64,000 nt of DNA, from the NCBI GenBank assembly GCA_036404475.1, contig DASWZL010000004.1:8655-72654 (forward strand), read 5' to 3'. Made by a program: the position numbers and the translations under genes. The notes under the pieces were generated by a model. It worked only from the letters and a program-made list of their open reading frames with translations. It was not told the origin of the DNA and made no database searches. This document shows, piece after piece, positions 9,943 through 16,941 of this stretch. The DNA is from Thermoplasmata archaeon. Lineage in GTDB: Archaea; Thermoplasmatota; Thermoplasmata; Lutacidiplasmatales; UBA184. Within the stretch, counting starts at the first letter, position 1. The number at the start of each line of letters is the position of its first letter.

Positions 9943-10785
9943 TTAGGTGGCATCCGCTTTCTCAGTGGCCGTCGGTGATGAAGGGCCACCTGGTATTGAA
10001 ACTGGACGTCGGGATTGTTTGAAGTAGCCCAGCAACTCGACGAGGTAAAGCGGAACGTAATTCATCGAACGTGTTGTTATTTTCGACACTCCGTCTCCGC
10101 GGTCCCGCATAACGAGCGGAACCTCTCTTACTCGCGCGTCTGGGTGCGTCGCCAGGATGTAGAGCAGTAGTTTGTAGCGACAGAAATCCGGATTCAAATC
10201 AGTGATGAGATTCCTCTTGACCATGAAATACCCAGACACTGGATCCTGGACATGTCTCGCTCCCCTCAGCAAGATTGCCGCGAGAGCTTTGGCGCTCCGA
10301 CTTACGATCCCGCGAAAAGGCCGCCAGTGATTCGCGCCCCCGTCGACGTATCTCGAGGCAATTATGAGTTCGGAACCATTGCCCTTGCCTTGGACCAAAT
10401 CATCCAGCAGGGCAACGGGATGTTGGCCATCAGCGTCCATCTTAACTAGCCACTCGCTCGAGGACGCCTGACAGCCCACCAGCTCGGCGTTGGCCGGTCC
10501 GTGTTGAGAAGCACGGAAAATGGCTTGGACGGAGAATGGGTGGGGTTCGCATGAGTAGCGTTGCAAGTACTCTACAGTTCCGTCTATGCTTCCGTCATCA
10601 ACGATCACAACTTCGTTGACTCTACTCAACCTGTGAGATAGAGCGTATGATTCGATGTGTGAAAGGATACGGGGTAACGAGTCAATTTCATCAAGCACGG
10701 GCAAGACAATAGAGATTCCGACGTCATCGTGGAGCTGGGCTGCTTCCAAGCAGGTCGCCGAAGCTACCATGCGTCCAAGAACCAC
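9943..10785 (-). CDS. Glycosyltransferase family 2 (polyprenyl-phosphate glycosyltransferase-like, GT-A fold)
   Basis: 280-aa ORF. Motifs GISIVLPVLDE and EVVIVDDGSIDGT (DxD region). The start may instead be the second Met, at 10770. Confidence 0.8.
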   Translation of the reverse strand: MVLGRMVASATCLEAAQLHDDVGISIVLPVLDEIDSLPRILSHIESYALSHRLSRVNEVVIVDDGSIDGTVEYLQRYSCEPHPFSVQAIFRASQHGPANAELVGCQASSSEWLVKMDADGQHPVALLDDLVQGKGNGSELIIASRYVDGGANHWRPFRGIVSRSAKALAAILLRGARHVQDPVSGYFMVKRNLITDLNPDFCRYKLLLYILATHPDARVREVPLVMRDRGDGVSKITTRSMNYVPLYLVELLGYFKQSRRPVSIPGGPSSPTATEKADAT

Positions 10786-10973
10786 TGGACGAGTTTCGGT
10801 GACAGTCGCTTCCTCACAAGGGAGTTCATGACGCGCACGAATAGGTATGGGGGGAAACAGCCCTCGATCATCTTGTAGAGGCAGTCCTTCTCATTCCCGG
10901 CGGGAATGACGATGCTGGCCTGGGGGACGCTCGCGCCTAGCATCGTCACTGTAAGATGGAGCGGACACACCAC
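10764..10973 (-). pseudogene. N-terminal fragment of a second GT2 glycosyltransferase
   Basis: The 69-aa ORF contains MLGASVPQASIVIPAGNEKDCLYKMIEG, the canonical GT2 N-terminus (IVIPa.NE). The sequence then becomes unrelated and stops. It overlaps the start of the intact GT2 gene. Confidence 0.4.
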
Positions 10974-11023
10974 TATTTGCTGCTTTTGAAGCTCCGGGAC
11001 TCCGTCGTCGGGTTACGTTGTAT

Positions 11024-11100
11024 AACAGAGGTTGGGATACCTGAATTTGTTGCGAGTTGGTCCGTGGGCGCAATTGCACCTGCGCCCACGGGACGTCGTC
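11024..11100. repeat. Third, partial copy of the island promoter-like module (palindromic core GCGCAATTGCAC inside the inverted repeat GTGGGCGCA/TGCGCCCAC)
   Basis: By-eye alignment to 13443-13530: gaggttg..a.acc, tgaat, gg(c/t)gcaattgcac(c/t)t(g/a)c(g/a)ccca....gtcgtc. Confidence 0.4.
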
Positions 11101-11134
11101 CGCATTCCCGGGGTCAATCACTGAATGCGCGGGG

Positions 11135-11417
11135 TCAACGAGAGGTAAGAATCTTCGCCGTCCCGGGAACGGGCACATTAATCGTGAACGGCCCGGCCGC
11201 CGTCCTACCGCCTACGTCCGCCATCGTGACCGGTGCCCCCGACGTCCCGCTTGGAACCCTGAACGTGCAACTGAACGCCCCAGTGACTCCCGTGATCAGT
11301 GAACCATTCGTTCAGCTTGAAATCGCCTTGGAATCGATGACCGACGGCGCCGTCGACGGCAAAGAGCCCGTCCCGGGCACCGTCCCCGCCGCGCCCACCG
11401 GGCCCTGCCTCGGGCTA
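11135..11417 (-). pseudogene. Disrupted Ig-like (surface-protein-type) domain directly after the FN3 gene
   Basis: Offset by one nucleotide from the FN3 frame: SPRQGPVGAAGTVPGTGSLPSTAPSVIDSKAISS, TGA (11314-11312), then TNGSLITGVTGAFSCTFRVPSGTSGAPVTMADVGGRTAAGPFTINVP. This fits the common SGPVG..VTV.GTGF...GAFS.TF.VP....FTV pattern. Confidence 0.45.
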
Positions 11418-12986
11418 CCCGATCACTACCCTGAACGTCATCGCGCTGGCGCTCGCGCTCTGAGGGCCCGCTCCGCCGTTCGTCGAGGCGGAGACCGTGA
11501 AACAGTAGGTCGTCGAGGGCGTCAGGCCAGTAGCCGCGTACGTTGTTGCGACCCCGATGACGTACGTGTTGAGTAGCGTCGAGCAATCCGAGGAGTACTC
11601 GTAGACTGCGTTGGCGGTCAGCGTGCCCGATGGGTTCGTCCAGTTCAGATCGATCTCGGATGCGGACACGGCCGTTGCGGTCAGTCCCGTCGGCGCGGGC
11701 GGGTCGGAACCTGTCGCCGCGTAGACGGGACCCGCTGCCGCGCTGTATCCCGTCGAGTTCTCTGCATAGACTTGGAAGCAGTAAGTCGCGTCGGCCGGGA
11801 GTCCTGTCGCATCATACGTGGTCGCGACGGGGATGTTCATCGCAAAGACGGGATCGGCTCCGTTACACCCGTTAACGTCCCCAAGAACGTAGTTGCCGGT
11901 CAGCGGTCCGACCGGATTCGTCCACGCGAGGTCTATCTCTGAGTCGGATACGGCTGTCGCGGTCAGCCCCGTCGGCGCCGAGGGCCGCAGGGGGTGCGTC
12001 GTCGCGTTGGCGCTCGCGCTCTGCGGTCCCGCACCGCCGGTAATCGAGGCGGAGACCGTGAAGCAGTAGGTTGTCGAGGACTTCAGGCCGGTAGCCGTGT
12101 ACGTTGTTGCGACCCCGATGACGTACGTGTTGAGCAGCGTCGAGCAACTCGAGGAGTACTCGTAGACTGTGTTGGCGGTCAGCGTCCCCCATGGGTTCGT
12201 CCAGCTCAGGTCAATCTTATGTGCGGAGACGACCGTCGCCGTCAGCCCCGTCGGTGCGCCGGGGGGCGGTGTGATCGTAGTGACACAGTTGCTCGGCGGT
12301 CCCTCGACTCCGGACGTGCTCGCCGTGACTTCGAAGCTATAGTTCGTCGAGGGCGTCAGGTCGGTAAAGGAGTAGGTCGTGAAGACGCCACCGAGGTCGA
12401 TCGGCGGCCCGCCCTGGCTGCCGGAGCACGAGGCGGCGACCCAGAAGTAGATGGTGTTGTCGGTCAGGGTGCCGGACGGGTCCGTCCAGCTCAGGCCGAT
12501 CTCGGTCGTGGAGAGGGCGGTTGCCGCCAGCCCCGTCGGCGGTCCGAGTGACTGTGTCATCGCAGTGGCACAGTTGCTCGGCGGTCCCTCACCTCCGGAC
12601 GTGCTCGCCGTGACTTCGAAGCTATAGTCCGTCGAGGGCGCAAGAGGAGTGGCGGCGTAGCTCGTGTAGTTGCCACCCAGGTCGATCGCCTCGTTCGGGC
12701 TGTTGGAGCACGAGGCGGCGACCCAGATGTAGACGTGGTTGTCGGTCACGGAGCCGGACGGGTTCGTCCAGCTCAAGCCGATCTCGGTCGTGGAGAGGGC
12801 GGTTGCCGCCAGCCCGGTGGGAGCTGCTGGCGGAGAATCGAAGACCTTCAAATTCGAGTCCATGGAACTCGGGGGAGCGACTACGAGCCCGGCGGAAGCG
12901 ATCACGGCGGCGCCCATCATGATGATAAATGCGACAACGAGAAGCCCGATCGCGCGGTTGCGCCGTGACAGGGAGCGTGCGTTCAT
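11415..12986 (-). CDS. Secreted or membrane-anchored surface protein with five tandem fibronectin type III domains
   Basis: 523-aa ORF. N-terminal anchor or signal AIGLLVVAFIIMMGAAVIASAGLVV. Five units each start (A)PTGL(T/A)AT..S...I.L.WTNP and end YCF.V.A / YSFEVTA. TAG stop. Confidence 0.85.
   Translation of the reverse strand: MNARSLSRRNRAIGLLVVAFIIMMGAAVIASAGLVVAPPSSMDSNLKVFDSPPAAPTGLAATALSTTEIGLSWTNPSGSVTDNHVYIWVAASCSNSPNEAIDLGGNYTSYAATPLAPSTDYSFEVTASTSGGEGPPSNCATAMTQSLGPPTGLAATALSTTEIGLSWTDPSGTLTDNTIYFWVAASCSGSQGGPPIDLGGVFTTYSFTDLTPSTNYSFEVTASTSGVEGPPSNCVTTITPPPGAPTGLTATVVSAHKIDLSWTNPWGTLTANTVYEYSSSCSTLLNTYVIGVATTYTATGLKSSTTYCFTVSASITGGAGPQSASANATTHPLRPSAPTGLTATAVSDSEIDLAWTNPVGPLTGNYVLGDVNGCNGADPVFAMNIPVATTYDATGLPADATYCFQVYAENSTGYSAAAGPVYAATGSDPPAPTGLTATAVSASEIDLNWTNPSGTLTANAVYEYSSDCSTLLNTYVIGVATTYAATGLTPSTTYCFTVSASTNGGAGPQSASASAMTFRVVIG
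11442..12827 (-). repeat. Tandem FN3-coding repeats in the order A-A'-B-C-B', each unit about 280 nt
   Basis: Exact shared strings. gtacgttgttgcgaccccgatgacgtacgtgttgag occurs at 11538-11573 and 12099-12134 (units 5 and 3). ctccggacgtgctcgccgtgacttcgaagctatagt occurs in both units 1 and 2. Confidence 0.85.
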
Positions 12987-13267
12987 CTCTCTCCCTGGCG
13001 TCGAGAATGAAGGAATTCCGGAACGTTTCCGCCCGGAGTGAGCTCAAGGCATTGCCAAGCGGCCCTGCACCCGGAGAGAGCCATATCAAGGTCTGAATAG
13101 TCTTTTTTCTGATACTTATTAGTGCGCATTCCGACGGGGCGGCGGCCAGAGGATTTATCTACAAAAAGGATTGCGGAACCACTATATTCAGGATACTTAG
13201 GACCGGCAGGATCAGAAGGGCGACCGGAGTTGCGAATTTGTCCATGTTCCGCGCTTCTCGGCCGCAT
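12983..13267 (-). pseudogene. Decayed RelE/ParE-like toxin paralog (ORF intact but C-terminal catalytic half lost)
   Basis: The 94-aa ORF keeps EYSG-SAIL and LSGCRAAWQCL collinear with EKSGPDVAIL and LSGARDLWTL of the intact toxin. It has an AT-rich insertion in between. Its stop overlaps the FN3 ATG (ATGA). Confidence 0.4.
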
Positions 13268-13430
13268 GAGATGCCGCGCGCGAAAGGTGGCCCCCGAATC
13301 GACTTGCGTCTTCGGGCGCCTCCTCCCGAGGCCGATGAGAACCGTTGAGAATGGAGCCGAATTCCGTGGTAGAAACGGGCTTCCCCTCGCGCATTTTTCA
13401 CCGCTCCCAAGGGTGAAGGTATCCTTGCAT
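13212..13430 (-). pseudogene. Possible decayed antitoxin paralog with an in-frame TGA
   Basis: ATG 13430 sits in the same position relative to the repeated upstream module as the intact antitoxin ATG 14296. The frame has a TGA at 13400-13398. EEAPEDASRF is collinear with DEVPPASFLEW. The similarity is weak. Confidence 0.3.
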
Positions 13431-13568
13431 CCAGTTGAATTGGAGGTTGTTTAGACCGGCTTTGAATGATCTCACGGTTCCCGGTAGATCGGTAGGTGCA
13501 ATTGCACTTACACCCAGTCGCTGTCGTCAGAGCCGATTCTCGCCTCGACGATGGGTGTAACCGTGATT
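13431..13568. repeat. Copy A of the promoter-like module (perfect palindrome GTGCAATTGCAC at 13496-13507)
   Basis: Aligns by eye with 14297-14447: ca(g/a)ttgaat, aatga, gatcg, gt(g/a)caa(t/a)tgcacttaca(c/a)cc, tcgtc, c(c/t)tcgacgatggg(t/c)gta. Confidence 0.5.
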
Positions 13569-13808
13569 CATTTGTTATCGGTTAAGGAGCGCCGGGGGCC
13601 TCGACGATGCCCCGGCCAACTCCCGTTGAGGCGGTTCGGCCACCGTCGCCTTCTGACGGACGGAAGCCTGCGGATCGAGCGTACTCGGCTTCCCCGCTCG
13701 TCGACCCGAGGATTCTCACCACTTCCATTCCCGAGTATCGTTATAACGGAGATTTCGGGCTCAAGCGATAACGCATGAACACCCATTTCACTCAACGGAA
13801 CTCTCGAT

Positions 13809-14078
13809 TTACTTCGGCAGGCGATGGTATACGCGAGCTCGGTGGCCGAAGCGGATGAACTGGGCCTCATCGATTCGCCACCGGTAAATGCCACGGTATA
13901 AGCCGATTCTTAGGGTCCAGAGGTCTCGTGCTCCCGATAGCCGGTGCGTGTCGAGGATTGCAACGTCCGGTCCTGACTTCTCGAGAATCGAGAACCCTGT
14001 GTTGAATTGAAATCGAACCGATATTGGGAGTTGGGTGAAGGATCGGAACCCTTCCGGCGAGAAGGTCACCCGGGCCAT
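13809..14078 (-). CDS. relE: RelE/ParE-family type II toxin
   Basis: 89 aa. LSGARDLWTLRIGLYRGIYRWRIDEAQFIRFGHRARVY fits the RelE/ParE core. Its ATG shares base 14078 with the antitoxin TAA. Confidence 0.75.
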   Translation of the reverse strand: MARVTFSPEGFRSFTQLPISVRFQFNTGFSILEKSGPDVAILDTHRLSGARDLWTLRIGLYRGIYRWRIDEAQFIRFGHRARVYHRLPK

Positions 14079-14296
14079 TAGGGGCTCGGGAGCTTCAGAC
14101 GCTTTCGCGCCTCTGCAAGGCTAATCGCCGGACGACGAAGTTCCGCCTGAGCCCACTCGAGGAAGGAGGCGGGTGGCACTTCGTCCATCAGCTCGCGGAG
14201 AACTTCATCGTAGCTCCTTCCACCGACCTTGTAGAGGGACAGGGCCTTCAGTGTTGAACTGCGCACGGTGATCGTCGTATGTGGATGATCGAGCAT
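14078..14296 (-). CDS. Type II antitoxin (archaeal VapB-like 'putative antitoxin' type)
   Basis: 72 aa. TTITVRSSTLKALSLYKVGGRSYDEVLRELMDE resembles the archaeal antitoxin family seen as ..TI.v.de.y..L...k...esfsdvi..Ll. Lies directly upstream of and overlapping the toxin. Confidence 0.65.
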   Translation of the reverse strand: MLDHPHTTITVRSSTLKALSLYKVGGRSYDEVLRELMDEVPPASFLEWAQAELRRPAISLAEARKRLKLPSP

Positions 14297-14330
14297 GGTA
14301 CCTCAATTGAATCAATTGATGATAAGTCTG
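14297..14330 (-). promoter_or_regulatory. Candidate TA promoter/operator: two CAATTG palindromes (14304-14309 and 14313-14318) in an AT-rich stretch just upstream of the antitoxin ATG
   Basis: cctcaattgaatcaattgatgataag lies immediately 5' of ATG 14296 on the minus strand. Type II antitoxins commonly autoregulate through palindromic operators. Confidence 0.4.
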
Positions 14331-14447
14331 CCTACTCCAATGAAACGTGGAAGAAGGACGGGGGGGGATCGATGTACAAATGCACTTACAACCTAGTTGC
14401 CCTCGTCAAAACGGAAACCCGCCTTCGACGATGGGCGTACCTGAGAT
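14297..14447. repeat. Copy B of the promoter-like module, upstream of the intact TA operon
   Basis: See copy A. The palindrome core is degenerate here (gtacaaatgcac, 14374-14385). Confidence 0.5.
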
Positions 14448-14489
14448 TGCGCCCAAACCGCTGTCTCGAGCCGCCCGAGGGACGGATTG

Positions 14490-15356
14490 TCATCCGAACT
14501 GTAGCGGGGACGAAACGCTCTGGAGCCTACGGCTCGCTGACCGCGCGGCAACCAGAATGAGGATCAGGGCCACGAAATTCAGGACGGGGAAGATAAAGAG
14601 GATCGCCCCGACTTTGAACATCGCTTCGTCGTAGCGTGTCCCGAGACGCCAGATCCCGATTAGGAGTCCGATGACGCCGATGAAGGCGACGATCGCCGTT
14701 ACTCCCAGGACGGCCGCAAGTCCCAGAACCGTTCCCACATCAATGCACGCCGAAGTGATGGGGTTCCCGGATCCTGCACACACGATCGCCTGATAGATCA
14801 CATCGACGAGAGCGACCAACACCAGGACAATGATCGCCAAGGCCACGAGAGCGACAAGGACCATCGTGGCAGGGGTAGAGAATCTCGTGTCCTGTCTCCC
14901 GAGCGTTACGAACGCTCGCCGGTAGAGCCACAGTTCGAGTAGGACCAGGATAATCCCCACGGCGCCCACGGCGACCACCAGGTAGAGCGCCGTTAGGTTC
15001 AGGGTCAGAGAGGGCCCCGATCCGGCGGAGCTGACTCCGAGGAACGAGAACGCGGAAGTGAAGAACAGCTGCACAATCGAGAGTACGGCCCCTACTAATC
15101 CGAGAATCGCCGCCAAACTCACGCTCGAGAGCGCGCTCTGGTCTGCGGACCCGAAGGTAGTCTGGCTGCCACCGGGCACGGGATACGTTGGCGCGTACGG
15201 TGAATAGGTTGGGGCTCCCGAGGTGGCCGGTGCAACCGAGAACGCCGCGGAACCCGCAGGCGGAGGCGCACCCCCCACCGCCGCCCCGCACGAGGAGCAG
15301 AAGGCAGCGTTGGCGGCGAGCGGGCGACCGCAGTAGGCGCAGAAGCGCGCGGCCAT
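14490..15356 (-). CDS. Zinc-ribbon plus polytopic membrane protein (DUF973-like)
   Basis: 288 aa. N-terminal CAYCGRPLAANAAFCSSCG zinc ribbon, a Pro/Ala/Ser-rich linker, then about 5 TM helices ending IGIWRLGTRYDEAMFKVGAILFIFPVLNFVALILI. Confidence 0.7.
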   Translation of the reverse strand: MAARFCAYCGRPLAANAAFCSSCGAAVGGAPPPAGSAAFSVAPATSGAPTYSPYAPTYPVPGGSQTTFGSADQSALSSVSLAAILGLVGAVLSIVQLFFTSAFSFLGVSSAGSGPSLTLNLTALYLVVAVGAVGIILVLLELWLYRRAFVTLGRQDTRFSTPATMVLVALVALAIIVLVLVALVDVIYQAIVCAGSGNPITSACIDVGTVLGLAAVLGVTAIVAFIGVIGLLIGIWRLGTRYDEAMFKVGAILFIFPVLNFVALILILVAARSASRRLQSVSSPLQFG

Positions 15357-15802
15357 CGGCGTCGGACCATTCTTCTTCCACTTGAACCCGTCGTCGGTAG
15401 GGCAGATGGGTCACTTCGCCGCCCCTCGCGGTGCGGATTGCGTAGGATGAGGCGCGGCAGAGCGGTCCAGCACGCTGACCGCGTTCTCCCTAAGCCGCAC
15501 CGGTCGCAATGACTTTGCTCGGGTCGACCACGGCTTGCGGATCCTCAGCGTTCCTCGTTCGTGAAGTCTCTGAATCTGCCGTAGGCGCAGACGGCACTCC
15601 GACAGATTTCCGATGCCCGTCCCCGCCGGAGGTGGCACCTCCTTTCTGCGCTGACACGACTCCCGAAGGCCGGCCCAGCGGTCGGTCAGATTTTACTACC
15701 GGTAGCGTTCCGGCGACCGTTGGCGCCGTCCCGATTCGGCCGGACACCCTCGAGCGCGAGAGCCCGGGTCAGGCCGGTCATCGCTCTTCTTGGAGGGCGA
15801 CT

Positions 15803-16783
15803 TTGACGCTGACCGCCGACCTGTTGGTCGCCGTCGCTTTCGCGTTCGCCTTCAGCATCGGCGCCCACTACACCGGCGCTTGCATGGGAATGCCGTACGC
15901 GGCGGGGGCCATCCGCCCATGGAACGCCCTGCTCCTCATGGCGCCGCTCGCCTTTGTCGGAGCGGCGTTCGCCAGCGGCCACGTCGAAGCGACCGTCGGT
16001 CACGGGCTCCTGGGCGGGGGCACGGTGGCCCTCGGAGTCGCGCTCGCGATCGTCGCGTCGGCTCTCGTCCTCACCAGCGCCTACAACCTCGTCACGATCC
16101 CGACCTCCACCATCCAGATCCTGGTGTTCGCGACCGTGGGTGCCGGTCTCGCGGCCGGTCTGCCCATCCAGTGGGCGACGATCGGTTCGCTGGTCGTTCT
16201 GTGGGCGCTCGCCCCGTTCGCGGCGTTCGCCCTCGGGTTCCTGTTCGTACGGGTCGCGGACCGGTACCGTCCGCCCCGGCCCTCCCGAAACGGGGGCCCA
16301 AGGCCGGCCTTCGGAAACAGCGCGGCCTTGGCCCTGGTCGGGGTCGGGGCTGCCGCGTCCTTTGCGATGGGCGCCAACGACGTCTCGAACGCCTCCGGTG
16401 CGTTCGTCATGACGGGGCTGTTCGGACTGTTCCTCGCGGGCGTAGTCGGAGGTCTCGGGCTCGCTCTGGGGGTCCTGACGTGGGGCCGCCCACTCCTTCA
16501 GCGGGTCGCGTTCGACCTCGTGGAGCTCGACCCGCGAATGGCCACGGCTTCCCAGCTGGCCCAATCCACGGTGATCCTCGTCTCGGTAGCGCTCGGGTTC
16601 TTCACCTCCATGAACCAGGCGCTCGTCGGCGCGATGATCGGCGCCGGAATCGCGCGCCGTCGGTCCACGGTCCTTTGGAAACCGATTCGCAGCATCCTGC
16701 TTGGATGGGCCGCGGGTCCCGTGTCGGGGGCCACGCTCGGCTTTGGGTTGGTCTGGGCCCTGACCCGGCTTCACGTCCTGTGA
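15803..16783 (+). CDS. PiT-family inorganic phosphate (or related anion) transporter
   Basis: GANDVSNASGAF motif in the C-terminal half and multiple TM helices. The longest ORF begins at ATG 15509, but the hydrophobic core begins near TTG 15803, so the start is uncertain. Confidence 0.7.
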   Translation: MTLTADLLVAVAFAFAFSIGAHYTGACMGMPYAAGAIRPWNALLLMAPLAFVGAAFASGHVEATVGHGLLGGGTVALGVALAIVASALVLTSAYNLVTIPTSTIQILVFATVGAGLAAGLPIQWATIGSLVVLWALAPFAAFALGFLFVRVADRYRPPRPSRNGGPRPAFGNSAALALVGVGAAASFAMGANDVSNASGAFVMTGLFGLFLAGVVGGLGLALGVLTWGRPLLQRVAFDLVELDPRMATASQLAQSTVILVSVALGFFTSMNQALVGAMIGAGIARRRSTVLWKPIRSILLGWAAGPVSGATLGFGLVWALTRLHVL

Positions 16784-16941
16784 CCCGCCTCCCCCCGCAG
16801 TAACCCCCGAAGTTACTCTGCTCTCCCCTCTCCTTTAAGTAACCAAAGGTAATTGAATAGAGTGAGGTAACGCTCACGCCCGAACCCACCCGCTCGATTG
16901 CGCATCGCTTTCCCGGCGTCCCGACCCTGGAGGGGGCGGGA

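Noticed and set aside
11415-11417. TAG read-through or pyrrolysine decoding as an explanation for the in-frame TAGs (FN3 stop, 8571-8573)
   Set aside because: TAG terminates several conserved genes at sensible positions (M29 aminopeptidase 20579-20581, MetF-like 20624-20626, flavin reductase, trxB). It is therefore an ordinary stop codon here. The FN3 continuation also needs a frameshift, not read-through.
13159-13245. 28-codon hydrophobic mini-ORF (MDKFATPVALLILPVLSILNIVVPQSFL) upstream of the FN3 gene
   Set aside because: It lies inside the decayed RelE-like remnant and has no AT box at promoter distance. Short hydrophobic ORFs arise easily by chance.
14311-14360. Possible C/D-box sRNA (TGATGA at 14317-14322)
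   Set aside because: No matching D box (CTGA) or terminal stem lies at an appropriate distance. The sequence is better explained as the TA promoter/operator.
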